From positions 44,308 through 108,307 of IMG/VR virus record IMGVR_UViG_3300016469_000277: a DNA stretch of 64,000 nt; one strand, 5' to 3'. This DNA is from a virus. Position numbers and translations under genes: made by a program. Below the pieces are notes generated by a model. The model saw only the letters and a program-made list of their open reading frames with translations, did not search any database and was not told the origin of the DNA. Shown piece by piece: positions 46,376 through 56,699 of this stretch (position 1 is the first letter of the stretch; every line of letters starts with the position of its first letter).

Positions 46376-47941
46376 ATGCCAAACATGAACATCCCACGCG
46401 TCAATGGCCGAATAGTCGCTAACGCTGGAACTGCTAGTTCTTACTATCAGAAGAATAAACTTGGAAAGTTTACTGATAAGAACTTTATTGAAACAATGCT
46501 TCGTACTTCCCCCGATCAGTACGACAAAGCTATGATTCGTCTTTTCACTGACACCCGTCTTTACTCAAACGACTTTGTTGATTTGGTGATGAACTCAGGT
46601 GCTCCTTTCGTTTCTAACGATCCTAACGGTGTTTTTACCTACAAGATTAAGAAAAGGGCTGAGCTTCCTAAAATCATGATTAACTTGGCTGACACCACTC
46701 CTAAGCCTGGTGTTGACGGTCAAACTTTTGAGTTGGTATTTGACAAAGAAATGTTCGCTGTTAATGATGTGATCTCTGCTCATCGTCGTGAACAGGAAGT
46801 TTTGATTCAGATTGTTTCTGATTTCGAACCTTATCAGAACTTCTTCAAATACACTTGTAAAGCTGTAGGTGAATCTACTGACTACGTTCACCAGCGTTTC
46901 TTGAGTGTTGGTACCGAATACTTCAAAATCGGTATGTTGTCAGGCGAATACACTACCAGCTGGTCTAGCCTTGGTGCTATTGACGGTAGCTTGGAAGTTG
47001 TAAACGACGTATTGCAACAGTACGGTATCGAACATACTATCACCGATTGGGCTGACGCTACCAAAATTGGTGTTAAGTATGACGCTGCTGGTAAGCCTAT
47101 CAACGACATCACTTACTACTCTATCGCTGAAATTGACATCAATGGCCAACCTATCAACGTAACAGTTGGTTGGGAACCTACCGTATCTAAATTGATGCGT
47201 ATGGAAATGATTCGCATGAAAGCTAACACTTTGATGTGGGGTCGTAAAGGTAACGGTGTAGATGAAAAAGGTCGTCCTGTACGTGCTAAAGCTGGTTTGT
47301 GGCAGCAATTGCACCTTGGTAACGTAATTTATTACGACAAAGGTCAATTCTCAATCAACTTGCTTCGTTCTGCAGTAGGTGACTTGTTCTACAACCGTGT
47401 ACGTATCGAAGATCGTCACGTTAAAATCTACACAAACCGTTCTGGTATGGAATTGGCTGCTACCGCTATGAAGAAAGACTTCAATGCTTCTGGCTTCACA
47501 GTGTTGGCTTCTGATTTCTTGGATAGCAAAGCTAACGGAGCAAACGGTAAAGACCGTCGCTTGAACCAGGGTTATGCTTTCCAATTCGACCACTTTATGA
47601 CAGTTGAAACTGGCTTGGTTGAATTCAAAGAACTCGAACAGTTGAACGAACATGCTACTTTCTTGGAACTTGGTCCTAACAAGAAAACTCCTCCGATCTA
47701 TATTATCCTTGATATTTCTGGCGAAGGTGGATCAAACATCCGCGAATGTAAGCTTGGCACTCGTCCTAACATGATGTACAAATACATTCCTGGTGCTACA
47801 GATTCTAGCATTGCTAAAATGTTTGGAAACTTGGCTACCTCGAAAGATCCGTATGATACTATCTTGATGAAAGACTGGGCTGGTATCTTCTTGGAAGATC
47901 CTACCAGGACTATCCTCATCAAAGAATATCCTCAGATCTAA
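46376..47941 (+). CDS. Major capsid protein (crAss-type)
   Basis: 521 aa, strong high-expression codon bias, synteny, C-terminal GIFLEDPTR. Confidence 0.85.
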   Translation: MPNMNIPRVNGRIVANAGTASSYYQKNKLGKFTDKNFIETMLRTSPDQYDKAMIRLFTDTRLYSNDFVDLVMNSGAPFVSNDPNGVFTYKIKKRAELPKIMINLADTTPKPGVDGQTFELVFDKEMFAVNDVISAHRREQEVLIQIVSDFEPYQNFFKYTCKAVGESTDYVHQRFLSVGTEYFKIGMLSGEYTTSWSSLGAIDGSLEVVNDVLQQYGIEHTITDWADATKIGVKYDAAGKPINDITYYSIAEIDINGQPINVTVGWEPTVSKLMRMEMIRMKANTLMWGRKGNGVDEKGRPVRAKAGLWQQLHLGNVIYYDKGQFSINLLRSAVGDLFYNRVRIEDRHVKIYTNRSGMELAATAMKKDFNASGFTVLASDFLDSKANGANGKDRRLNQGYAFQFDHFMTVETGLVEFKELEQLNEHATFLELGPNKKTPPIYIILDISGEGGSNIRECKLGTRPNMMYKYIPGATDSSIAKMFGNLATSKDPYDTILMKDWAGIFLEDPTRTILIKEYPQI

Positions 47942-47952
47942 TCAACCCTATA

Positions 47953-47985
47953 TTAGTGGGAGAGCTTAATTGACTCTCCCACTAA
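47953..47985 (+). terminator. Stable hairpin after the MCP
   Basis: TTAGTGGGAGAG/CTCTCCCACTAA; no U tract. Confidence 0.55.
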
Positions 47986-48016
47986 CTAATTAAACCAAAA
48001 ACAAAACCAAAAACCA

Positions 48017-48973
48017 ATGCCACGTTCTAGAAAACAAGAAAAAAGTCCTGTAGAAGGTTTGAAAATTATCAGACCCTACATGAAAAAACCTGCAAATGAC
48101 AGGACAATTGAATCAAGTCTGTATAAAAACGGACACGCTTTCATCCCTAATACTTTGAGAACATTTCTTCCCAAAGTAGACGCAAGAGGAGCTGTACGTA
48201 CAGGCTTAGACCCCGATGCAATTAAGATTAAAGCAATCTTTGATCCTGAGTTGCGTCAACAGGAGAAGGAAAGAATTGAATCCTTAAAGGCTTATTACGA
48301 GTCTATTTTAGGTGAAAGTTTGGACCCAACTGCAGAGTTCTTTAAAGAAGTAAAAGATCAAGGCTACGCTTTAGAAGACGGAGACAACGTATTCGATTTA
48401 GCTAATGCTCGTCAAGCAATCACTTACTACTGGTTGATGGAAACCGGAATGATTGCAAATAGTATTGACGAAATTGAGTCAGGTAAACTTGACCCAAGTA
48501 TCGTTAAATTTTATGTACATGACGAAGACATGGATGCTAAGTTGAAGTTTGAGAAGAAACGTAAGACCAACGAAGCTAGAGTACGTCTTGACCAAATGAG
48601 CCCAGTTGAGAGATCAAGAGTTGCTAAACTTTTAGGATTAGGTGTAAGCTTTAACACTAAGTCTGAAGATGTTTATAACATTCTTGACGACTACTTGAGT
48701 AAACCTGCAAGTCAACTTGGTCTAGATCCTATTGAGACATTTAACAAAACGGCCTCAATGTCTAGCGAACTCATTGAAATTAAGTCCTTTGTGATTGACT
48801 TAACCAGAGCAAATATCATCCGTCTAAAGGGTAGTATTGTAATGGAAGGTAATCAAGTTTGGGCTAAAACAGTAGAGGAATTTGAACTCTTCCTCTCAGA
48901 CAAAGCAAACAAGGAAGTCTACGACGCGTTCAAAGACAAACTTAAAAACAAAATAGCGATAGATAATATCTGA
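48017..48973 (+). CDS. Conserved crAss-like protein following the MCP
   Basis: Synteny; TGLD motif. Confidence 0.6.
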   Translation: MPRSRKQEKSPVEGLKIIRPYMKKPANDRTIESSLYKNGHAFIPNTLRTFLPKVDARGAVRTGLDPDAIKIKAIFDPELRQQEKERIESLKAYYESILGESLDPTAEFFKEVKDQGYALEDGDNVFDLANARQAITYYWLMETGMIANSIDEIESGKLDPSIVKFYVHDEDMDAKLKFEKKRKTNEARVRLDQMSPVERSRVAKLLGLGVSFNTKSEDVYNILDDYLSKPASQLGLDPIETFNKTASMSSELIEIKSFVIDLTRANIIRLKGSIVMEGNQVWAKTVEEFELFLSDKANKEVYDAFKDKLKNKIAIDNI

Positions 48974-49686
48974 TGATTCCGGTAAATGAGCTTTTTAATG
49001 AATTTAAATTATCTCTGAATAAAGTAGCTAGGGAGGATAACTTCTCCCTACCTACTCCAGACATAATTACTTTTCTTAACAAAGCTCAAATAAGTTGGGT
49101 TAAAGTAAGAATGAACCCAAATAATACCTTAAAAGTTGGATACGAATCTATCAGAAAAAGAATAGACGACCTGCAAATACTTAAAGTCAATGACTATAAG
49201 TTAAACGTAGTAAAGTCTGTTGAGCCCACATACCAATCGTATGTATGTTCTTTGAAAGACGCACCTGACTATATGTTTTATGTAGCCTCACACTCAATCG
49301 CCAAGAAAGGCAACTGTGAAGACGCAATATTTAACAACTTAGTTAGAGAAGGTGATTTAAGAACTCACTACTTTGACGTCAATTACAACCCTAACTTCGA
49401 ATGGAGAGAAACATTAGCAACTTTGGGTTCTGATAATTTGTACATCTATGTAACTGACTTTGAGATTACTGGCGTTCATTTAACCTACTTGAGATACCCC
49501 CAATATATTGACATTGAAGGGTATACTAGGTTAGACGGCACTTCTTCAGTGAATCAGGATTGCGAACTCCCTGAGTATGCAAAACAAGACATTGTAGATT
49601 TAGCTGTAAAATTTGCTGCACAAGCAACCGATAACGCATTCCAGTCTCAAGCTGCGGATAACCGTATCACCTTAAACGACGAATAA
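48973..49686 (+). CDS. Tail ring/adaptor protein
   Basis: I..FLNKAQ, YLRYP, CELP....DIVDLAV; synteny. Confidence 0.7.
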   Translation: MIPVNELFNEFKLSLNKVAREDNFSLPTPDIITFLNKAQISWVKVRMNPNNTLKVGYESIRKRIDDLQILKVNDYKLNVVKSVEPTYQSYVCSLKDAPDYMFYVASHSIAKKGNCEDAIFNNLVREGDLRTHYFDVNYNPNFEWRETLATLGSDNLYIYVTDFEITGVHLTYLRYPQYIDIEGYTRLDGTSSVNQDCELPEYAKQDIVDLAVKFAAQATDNAFQSQAADNRITLNDE

Positions 49687-49716
49687 AATAAACATTAACC
49701 CTAATTAATCTAAATC

Positions 49717-51009
49717 ATGGATTACACTATTAATCGAATATTTGTCCCCCTTGGTAACTTGATTACCACTGGCGACACTTCTGCTTTGACTCTTCAAGAG
49801 ATCGGCTTCTACAACCCTAACACTTTCCAAGCTCTTGCTGCCTACAACGTAGATCAGCTTTTGGTTGCTTTTGGTAGCGGTGTTTCTCAGTGGGGTAGCT
49901 TCAAAAGCTCAACCCTTAAGAAATCTAATGTTATCGACTTTACCAAAAGTGTAGCTAACACTACCTCTAAGCAACAAATCACTTGGATTGGTTGGGATGG
50001 CGTTAGCGATTCTACTGCTCCTACCTTCAAGTGTGACGAAGAGTACATTATCACTTTCTTGATTCGTGAATACTACTCTCGTGGTATTTTCCAACCTTTG
50101 ATTCGTGAGTCTGTACGTATCAAAACTTCTTGCTGCGACGAATGTTCTAGCAACTGTGATGCTCTTGATTGCAAAGACTTCATGCAGTCTGCTGTTGACC
50201 AAATCAACAACAACCCCTTGTTGAGCAAATACCTCGTAGCTGAAGCTGTAACTGATTGTACCGGAGGTACTGAAGGTTACACCACTTTCACTTTGACAGT
50301 TCCTACTCCCGATGACGAAGGAGATTTTGAATTGGCTCTTCTTGACTTCTATGGTGACTGTATCGCTGAAGGCGGTATCAGCTATGAAACTGGTGATGAA
50401 AACACTACTTTCACCATCATTCCTCTTCCTGGTTGTGGTCGTGAGACTTTCGACGTATACGAAGGTGTTGAGTGGGAAGAAGTTTACGTTCCTGGTAGCC
50501 AAACTTGTAAGTGTGGTATCAAAGTAACAGGAAATGCTCTTGATGACTTCGGTACTCCTTGTATCCCTGATGCTGTTCCTTATGTTGCTAACTTGGTTCG
50601 TTTCCATGCTGTAGTACACGAAGGCCCTTACAACACTCAGGATTTTGACATCGAACAAGAGTGCGGTGCTTGGAGTGTTATCACTACCCAAAACGTACAA
50701 TACTCTATCGGTGATAGCTCTGCTATGGCTGAACGTGAACGTCACTACTTCCGTTACAACCTCCCTGGAAATGTTTATCAGGCTGGTTACTACTGGAATC
50801 CTGTGTACAATAACGACACCAAGTTGTATGCAGATCCTACTGCTGAGTACATTGTGTATCGTGTTAACTACTACATCAACGAGCCTAAAGGCTTTGAGAA
50901 GAAGTTCCCTTACACTGAGGCTGTAGAAATTTGGGTAGACTCAACTAACGCAGTTCTTGCTGCTGCTATTGAGACTGCTCTTGAAACCTTCACTGGTATC
51001 CTCGTATAA
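49717..51009 (+). CDS. Auxiliary capsid or abundant structural protein
   Basis: MCP-like codon bias, synteny, followed by a terminator. Confidence 0.6.
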   Translation: MDYTINRIFVPLGNLITTGDTSALTLQEIGFYNPNTFQALAAYNVDQLLVAFGSGVSQWGSFKSSTLKKSNVIDFTKSVANTTSKQQITWIGWDGVSDSTAPTFKCDEEYIITFLIREYYSRGIFQPLIRESVRIKTSCCDECSSNCDALDCKDFMQSAVDQINNNPLLSKYLVAEAVTDCTGGTEGYTTFTLTVPTPDDEGDFELALLDFYGDCIAEGGISYETGDENTTFTIIPLPGCGRETFDVYEGVEWEEVYVPGSQTCKCGIKVTGNALDDFGTPCIPDAVPYVANLVRFHAVVHEGPYNTQDFDIEQECGAWSVITTQNVQYSIGDSSAMAERERHYFRYNLPGNVYQAGYYWNPVYNNDTKLYADPTAEYIVYRVNYYINEPKGFEKKFPYTEAVEIWVDSTNAVLAAAIETALETFTGILV

Positions 51010-51017
51010 TGAATAAA

Positions 51018-51056
51018 GGGAGGGGGAGTAAAATCCTCCTCCCATTTTTCTTTTTT
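51018..51056 (+). terminator. Intrinsic terminator
   Basis: GGGAGGGGGA/TCCTCCTCCC hairpin plus T tract. Confidence 0.75.
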
Positions 51057-51082
51057 GAAAACAACTTTAAACTAAAAATAAA

Positions 51083-51610
51083 ATGAGTGAAATAATTTTA
51101 ACCAGTGGATCCTATCACAAGTATGTAAGTGGCAGTTCTATTGCAAAGACTGTTGTAAAACATGGTGGTTATTCTTTGACTACTGCTGTTTTGGATATTC
51201 TTGCTGCTAACACTTGCTGCACCAAAAACATTGTAGCTGATAGTTTGACTGTAGAAGGTCCTATTACTTTTACAGTGGGTTCTAGTACTCTCCATGCAGC
51301 TTTTGTACCTAGTGCTGCTCCTCAAAACATTACTGCAGGAACAGGTGGCGCAATTAACGTAACTAGCTTTTTTACTACTTTGAATACTGATGCAGGCGGA
51401 GATACTTATACTCTTGCTAACGGAACAGTAGTAGGCCAACTTAAAAAGATTTATCTTTTGGTTGATGGAGGCGGAAACGCTGTAATTACTCCTGTTAATC
51501 TTGCTGCCGGAACTACCATTACTATGAACGACGCAGGTGACTACGTAGTTCTTCTTTGGAATGGTACCGATTGGGTAGTAATTGAAAACATCGGATCTAC
51601 TATTGCTTAA
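51083..51610 (+). CDS. Structural protein (head/tail fibre-like beta domain)
   Basis: TLA.GT..GQ.K...GD.V.L.W.GT.W motif. Confidence 0.6.
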   Translation: MSEIILTSGSYHKYVSGSSIAKTVVKHGGYSLTTAVLDILAANTCCTKNIVADSLTVEGPITFTVGSSTLHAAFVPSAAPQNITAGTGGAINVTSFFTTLNTDAGGDTYTLANGTVVGQLKKIYLLVDGGGNAVITPVNLAAGTTITMNDAGDYVVLLWNGTDWVVIENIGSTIA

Positions 51611-51613
51611 TAA

Positions 51614-52135
51614 ATGAAACTTCAACTTAACGTAGAACCATTAGAAACTTGTGATTGTAAAACTCTTGCAATCCTAGATACTAGTTATTACCCTGTAACT
51701 CCTACAAATCCTACGTTAGTGATTGAGATGCCTGGATTTGTTCCGGTACAATTTAACTTTGTGACTGGTCAAGTGAATACGTATAATTCGTATTCACTTG
51801 GCTTGTCTTCTACTAATACAGTAGATACTTTAATTGATTTACCTGATGGGTTGTACATGCTTACCTACTCAGTTAGTCCTAACGATCAGTTGTTTGAAAC
51901 TAAACACTATTTAAGGACTTGTCAAATAGAATATAAGTTTGCTCAAAAGTTTGCCAAAACTGTAAACTATTGTGAAACAGATTCTTCTTTTATGAGAAAA
52001 CTCCAACAAATCGAAGTACTTATAGAAGGAGCAAAAGCAAACGCAAAAGTATGTAACCCAACCAAAGCCGTAGAATTGTATAGAAAAGCAAATGAATTAC
52101 TCGACAGACTCGATGCTAAATGCTGCAATTGCTAA
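51614..52135 (+). CDS. Structural protein (tail hub-like)
   Basis: D.S.Y, PG, LPDG.Y...YSV; synteny. Confidence 0.55.
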   Translation: MKLQLNVEPLETCDCKTLAILDTSYYPVTPTNPTLVIEMPGFVPVQFNFVTGQVNTYNSYSLGLSSTNTVDTLIDLPDGLYMLTYSVSPNDQLFETKHYLRTCQIEYKFAQKFAKTVNYCETDSSFMRKLQQIEVLIEGAKANAKVCNPTKAVELYRKANELLDRLDAKCCNC

Positions 52136-52266
52136 AGCAGGAATCCAACAACTGAATGCTATTAGGTATTTATTTGAGCCTCCTAGCCACCAGCGATTTA
52201 CTTTTTTAAACAGACTACGCAAATACAAAAACTTTATTGACCCCACAACTTATAACGCACTAATAC

Positions 52267-52860
52267 ATGATTTGTAATCCACTTGATAAATGTTGTGAGA
52301 TTATCTCTAGTAACTGTGTAGTGTTTGTAGGCAAACTAGCTACAAATTCTACTTTATGTTTAGCAGATAACTCTTTGACTACTTTCCTTACGGAAGTAGA
52401 TTCATCCCTTGTTGATGTAGCAAGAGCTAGCCACATCTTAAAAGGAGATCTTGACAATGTAAATATTTGCGTTCCTAAGAAAATTATTGATACAACAGAC
52501 TTAGCTCTTAAAAAGAAAGTTTGTAATAATCAAGTTATTTCTGAATACTACTATACCAGCGATGTAGTACTTCAACTTATAGGAAGTAACTGCACACTAC
52601 AGAATCGCATAAACTTAATTTATACCGAAACATTTAATCCTCTTAAGCCTCAGACTAAAGGTAAGCTTACTGAGGACTTTATGAATTTTGAGTTGCCTGA
52701 TTCTTATAAAGATAAGTTTAGGTGTTTAGTTTGCGAAGAAGTTTGTGACCAACAAACTGTTACTACCATTGGGGATTTGCTTGAAGTTATGGCTAAAAAA
52801 ATTCTTGCCCTTCAAGCTGCTACTGAAATTAGTGCTGGAGCTTGTAAAGAATGTCTGTAA
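52267..52860 (+). CDS. Cys-rich structural protein
   Basis: ORF in the tail module. Confidence 0.55.
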   Translation: MICNPLDKCCEIISSNCVVFVGKLATNSTLCLADNSLTTFLTEVDSSLVDVARASHILKGDLDNVNICVPKKIIDTTDLALKKKVCNNQVISEYYYTSDVVLQLIGSNCTLQNRINLIYTETFNPLKPQTKGKLTEDFMNFELPDSYKDKFRCLVCEEVCDQQTVTTIGDLLEVMAKKILALQAATEISAGACKECL

Positions 52861-52883
52861 ACTAAGAATTAAAAAATAAAATA

Positions 52884-54650
52884 ATGTGTAACTCATATTG
52901 TAACTCTTGTAACTACTGCGTAAGTCAATGCACTTGCACTAATCCTACGTTGGTAAATCCTGCAACTATTCCGGCTACAGGATGTATCTCAACCAACTAT
53001 GCAAGGTGTATTTACTACTCAGGAAATAATATTACTTGCGGAATTACCGCAAACAACGGAGAGAATCTTGATACCATAATTGGTAAGATTGCTACTGCAA
53101 TTTGTAATGTAACTCCTGCAGATTTAAACTGGCCAGCTTTTGATTATCAATGTCTTCGTCTAGATGGGAGTTTGACTTCTTCTGGACCTTCTGATATTAC
53201 TACAGGTCAAGAATTTGCTGAAGCTGTAAGTATTGCTCTTTGTACTTTAGCAACTGCTACTGATGTTACTCCTAATATTACTATCTCTGGGCCTTGTTCA
53301 GCTTACTTCTCAGGATTAACTCCTGGAACTTCTACTTTGGTAGATATTCTTGATGACTTTATAGTTAAACTTTGCGATCTTAATGCTCTTAACTCTACTG
53401 CAGGTGTAACTACCGCTTGTTCAGCTGGAGTTTGGACTTCTGTTCCTGCAGGAGGAAGCACTCTTGGAACTTGGGTTAACTGGATTAAAACTAACGTATG
53501 TTCGTTAGTAAGCGGAGTTCAAGCTGATATAACTAATCTTCAGACTTTCCAAACTAATGTAGAGACTTTTGTAGGTGATCCTTCATTCTCTCTTATTGAT
53601 AATTCTACTTCTTGTATATCAGGAAGCGGAGCAGATGATTTGCTTACCACAATTAACTTAATTAAAAACAAACTCTGCTCAATCAATACTACTGTATCTG
53701 GACTTCCTAATCTTTCAGCTTTAACTCTTCCATGGTCTACTTGCCCAGGTTTATTCCCTAGTTATGGAAACACTGCTAGTTTGACTACTCAACTTACTAG
53801 AATAGTAAACGAGATTGCTGCTAGAAGCTTTAGCTTTAGTGGAGATTTTACAACTACTGCAACTGCTTGTGGAGTATCTGTTAGTCTTGCTTCTGCTGGA
53901 ACACCATTTACTTGTTCAGATCTTGCTAGCTGTGCTCTCTTTAACATTGGAGATGTAAATGCTTATGGACTTGGAACAGGAGCTACCTTTAACTCTACTG
54001 GACTTTTCTGGAATAGTACTGCTACAGGTTGGAGTGCAAAGAAATTTGCAATGACTTCTAGCAACGGAACTTGTGCAATTAGCTATGTAGATAATGACGT
54101 AGCAAATACATTGACTTATAACATTGAGTCTAATATTTCTGTTACTACTAGTTCTAACACAGGTCTTCTCACTCCCGTATCTTTGGTTTTAGGAACTCCC
54201 TCAGCAGGTACTACTCCTTTGACTCTTGAGTATAACCCTAACTTAATGGGTGGAACAGGAGTACCCACAACTTTTGCTTTTGCTCCTGTTATCCCTGGAA
54301 CATTAACTGTACAAGCTTCTACTACTGGGCCCCCTTCTACGTTAAACACTCTTCAAGCTATTATCAGAAATAGTCAGATTTTTATAGAGGGGCAACTTGA
54401 TCTTGTAGTTGCAGGAGCTGGATTAGCTGCTGGAACTCAATATACTCTAGGAACATTTTTTGCCCCTTCAGCTCCTATCGTTACTTTTACTTCTTGGAAT
54501 TCTGGGTATAGCATAGTAGATACTGCAACAGGAGCAGCTATTCCTGTATTTGTTGGTTATAATGCTAACACCTTAAGTATATTTACTACAGTTGTTGTGC
54601 CAGTTGCTACTTATACTTTGTCTTTAGCTGGGCAAGTATTTAGTTACTAA
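52884..54650 (+). CDS. Cys/Thr-rich tail fibre-like protein
   Basis: Repeated L..I...IC coiled-coil units and a beta-rich C-terminal domain; followed by a hairpin at 54690-54720. Confidence 0.6.
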   Translation: MCNSYCNSCNYCVSQCTCTNPTLVNPATIPATGCISTNYARCIYYSGNNITCGITANNGENLDTIIGKIATAICNVTPADLNWPAFDYQCLRLDGSLTSSGPSDITTGQEFAEAVSIALCTLATATDVTPNITISGPCSAYFSGLTPGTSTLVDILDDFIVKLCDLNALNSTAGVTTACSAGVWTSVPAGGSTLGTWVNWIKTNVCSLVSGVQADITNLQTFQTNVETFVGDPSFSLIDNSTSCISGSGADDLLTTINLIKNKLCSINTTVSGLPNLSALTLPWSTCPGLFPSYGNTASLTTQLTRIVNEIAARSFSFSGDFTTTATACGVSVSLASAGTPFTCSDLASCALFNIGDVNAYGLGTGATFNSTGLFWNSTATGWSAKKFAMTSSNGTCAISYVDNDVANTLTYNIESNISVTTSSNTGLLTPVSLVLGTPSAGTTPLTLEYNPNLMGGTGVPTTFAFAPVIPGTLTVQASTTGPPSTLNTLQAIIRNSQIFIEGQLDLVVAGAGLAAGTQYTLGTFFAPSAPIVTFTSWNSGYSIVDTATGAAIPVFVGYNANTLSIFTTVVVPVATYTLSLAGQVFSY

Positions 54651-54777
54651 AAGATATAGTTCATGGGTTTATTGGTTTTCCTTTGAACGCTGAGTGAGCC
54701 CCGTAATAGGGGCTTCTCAGTTAAAATAAACTAATAGTTACTTGACTTAAGTTTTAAATTCGATTATATTTGTAAAA

Positions 54778-55404
54778 ATGACTAATGCGGAGATTATATC
54801 GCAAATCAGAACAAGTAATAAGTCTATTCAGGACGATTCAAATATAACTGATAGATTTGTTTATCGCATAGCAAAAACACAAGCCGCATTTCTTCTTCGT
54901 CAAGAACTAAATAAAAGAAGACTTCTTACTTCTGATAACGTATATCAAACTTACGAATGTCTTGATTTAGTTTTAGTTGATGGTACAGAATGCGACTGTA
55001 CTACTAAAGTAAGACGCAGTAGAGATCCTCTTCCTCAAATAGAAGAAGGGCTTTATTCTTATTTTATTCAAGGGGTATTTAATATCAATAACTCTGCTGA
55101 GATCTTCCCAACTAGTTTCCGAGAAAGCATTAATTATAATAAGTTAAGAGTAAAAGAAAAGAAAAACTTTTATCTTATTAAAAACAGATACCTTTATGTT
55201 CTTAACGAAGACATTGAGGCAGTAAACATTTATGCATACTTTACAGAAACAATAAATGTTTCTCCCTGTGTGTCTATGTACGACAGAGAGTTTAAGTTCC
55301 CCCCTTATCTTCTTTCTTCTTTGTTTGCTATGTGCAACAACGAACTTCTTAACTACCATAAGATACCAAAAGATGTTGAAGACAACAACAGGGAAGAGCC
55401 ATAA
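54778..55404 (+). CDS. Tail ring protein
   Basis: DD..I.DR, P.D..DN; promoter TTG-N20-TATATTTG (54742-54772). Confidence 0.6.
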   Translation: MTNAEIISQIRTSNKSIQDDSNITDRFVYRIAKTQAAFLLRQELNKRRLLTSDNVYQTYECLDLVLVDGTECDCTTKVRRSRDPLPQIEEGLYSYFIQGVFNINNSAEIFPTSFRESINYNKLRVKEKKNFYLIKNRYLYVLNEDIEAVNIYAYFTETINVSPCVSMYDREFKFPPYLLSSLFAMCNNELLNYHKIPKDVEDNNREEP

Positions 55405-55825
55405 TGAGCTGATTAAACTTTCCAGAAACCGCATTAAGGCAGATACAAGTCTTTTAGATAAAGCGAGTTACTCTAAGTTTAAAAAAAACACAGGTTGCGA
55501 TAATATCTCATCCCAAACAAGAAGCGCAGTTATCAAAAGGATAAATGAGCTTATTATGGATACAGTGATAGAGGGTAATTATAATATCCGAATACCTAAC
55601 TTAGGAATTATAGCTTTAATTAAGTTTAAAGCAGCAAACCTTAACTACCATGCTAAAACTAAGAATGGAGATCTTGTAGCTAAAGTGCATGTTTACTTTC
55701 AACTAAGTGGAGAAAACAACAGAACTTATATAACTGATTTTGATTTTAGCCCTAAAAGAGAACGTAGTAGGTACTTAAAAAAGATTTTTCCGCAAATTGC
55801 AGATACTTTAAAAGAGACTTATTAA
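55373..55825 (+). CDS. IHF-like protein of the crAss tail module (start uncertain)
   Basis: I...N..I...VIEG...RIPNLG.I; synteny. Confidence 0.45.
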   Translation: MLKTTTGKSHNELIKLSRNRIKADTSLLDKASYSKFKKNTGCDNISSQTRSAVIKRINELIMDTVIEGNYNIRIPNLGIIALIKFKAANLNYHAKTKNGDLVAKVHVYFQLSGENNRTYITDFDFSPKRERSRYLKKIFPQIADTLKETY

Positions 55826-55835
55826 TCTTACTTCT

Positions 55836-56699
55836 ATGAATTACAAAGAATACCCTTATATATCAATAGATACTTTAGTTGCGGAAGTCAAAGAAGAGAT
55901 GAAGTCTTACTTTGAGTCAGGAGCTGTAACAGAGATAATGCTCCCTACCTACGTAGAACAGTGTCTTCGCAAACTCAAAACTACAGTTTTAAAGCCAGAA
56001 CAAGCTCTTCTTTTTATCGAAGACTACAAAGGTACTCTTCCTCCAGACTTCCATCTTTTGAACTACGCAATCAGCTACGAGATGAGAGCAGACCGTCACC
56101 ACAATATAGGTGCTACTCTTCCTTCTACTGTGGGATATTACTCAAAAGATATTTCTTGCGAAGGAAATTGTGATTTAGACGGAGGTTGCGCACCTGGGTA
56201 TCAAGTCTTTGAAAAGATTACTTGTCAAAGATACCAAGACGTTAAATACACAATGACTCGTCCAGTTTGGATACGAGTTTATTACGGCTCTAGAGATCTT
56301 TGTATTGCTAACTGCCGTAACCTAAGTGTAAGGTCTGACGATATTATTACTATTCACGAACACAAGGGCGTGACTGCAACTTTTGAAAAGGCTTGTGTTT
56401 ATCTTTCTTATTTTTCTAAACCCGTAGACGAGATTACAGGACTTCCAATGATTCCTGAAGTATTAGAAGTTGAAGAATATGTAAAGAGTCACATTAAGTT
56501 TAAACTATTTGAACAGTTGTGGAACTCTGTAGTAGATGAAACTTTTAATCAGATTCAAAATAAAATGCAATACTACAAACAAGACAGCTTAAATAAACTT
56601 CAAGCTGCTATTGGAGTGTTGCGTCAAAGAACTCGTCAGCAAGTAAATGACGACATAGTACGCCAAAGATCTCGCCTAATTAAGTACAACATTAGTTAA
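55836..56699 (+). CDS. Tail tubular/ring protein (P22 gp4-like)
   Basis: Y.S.D, Y...LP.D, G.PMIP; directly upstream of the muzzle. Confidence 0.65.
   Translation: MNYKEYPYISIDTLVAEVKEEMKSYFESGAVTEIMLPTYVEQCLRKLKTTVLKPEQALLFIEDYKGTLPPDFHLLNYAISYEMRADRHHNIGATLPSTVGYYSKDISCEGNCDLDGGCAPGYQVFEKITCQRYQDVKYTMTRPVWIRVYYGSRDLCIANCRNLSVRSDDIITIHEHKGVTATFEKACVYLSYFSKPVDEITGLPMIPEVLEVEEYVKSHIKFKLFEQLWNSVVDETFNQIQNKMQYYKQDSLNKLQAAIGVLRQRTRQQVNDDIVRQRSRLIKYNIS

Noticed and set aside
46595-51625. Long antisense ORFs over the MCP, auxiliary capsid and fibre genes (e.g. 49909-50745, 51098-51625)
   Set aside because: These are shadow ORFs expected from the strong codon bias of the sense genes, with no protein motifs.
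52884-54650. Diversity-generating retroelement target in the fibre gene
   Set aside because: No reverse transcriptase and no template/variable repeat pair is visible in this window.
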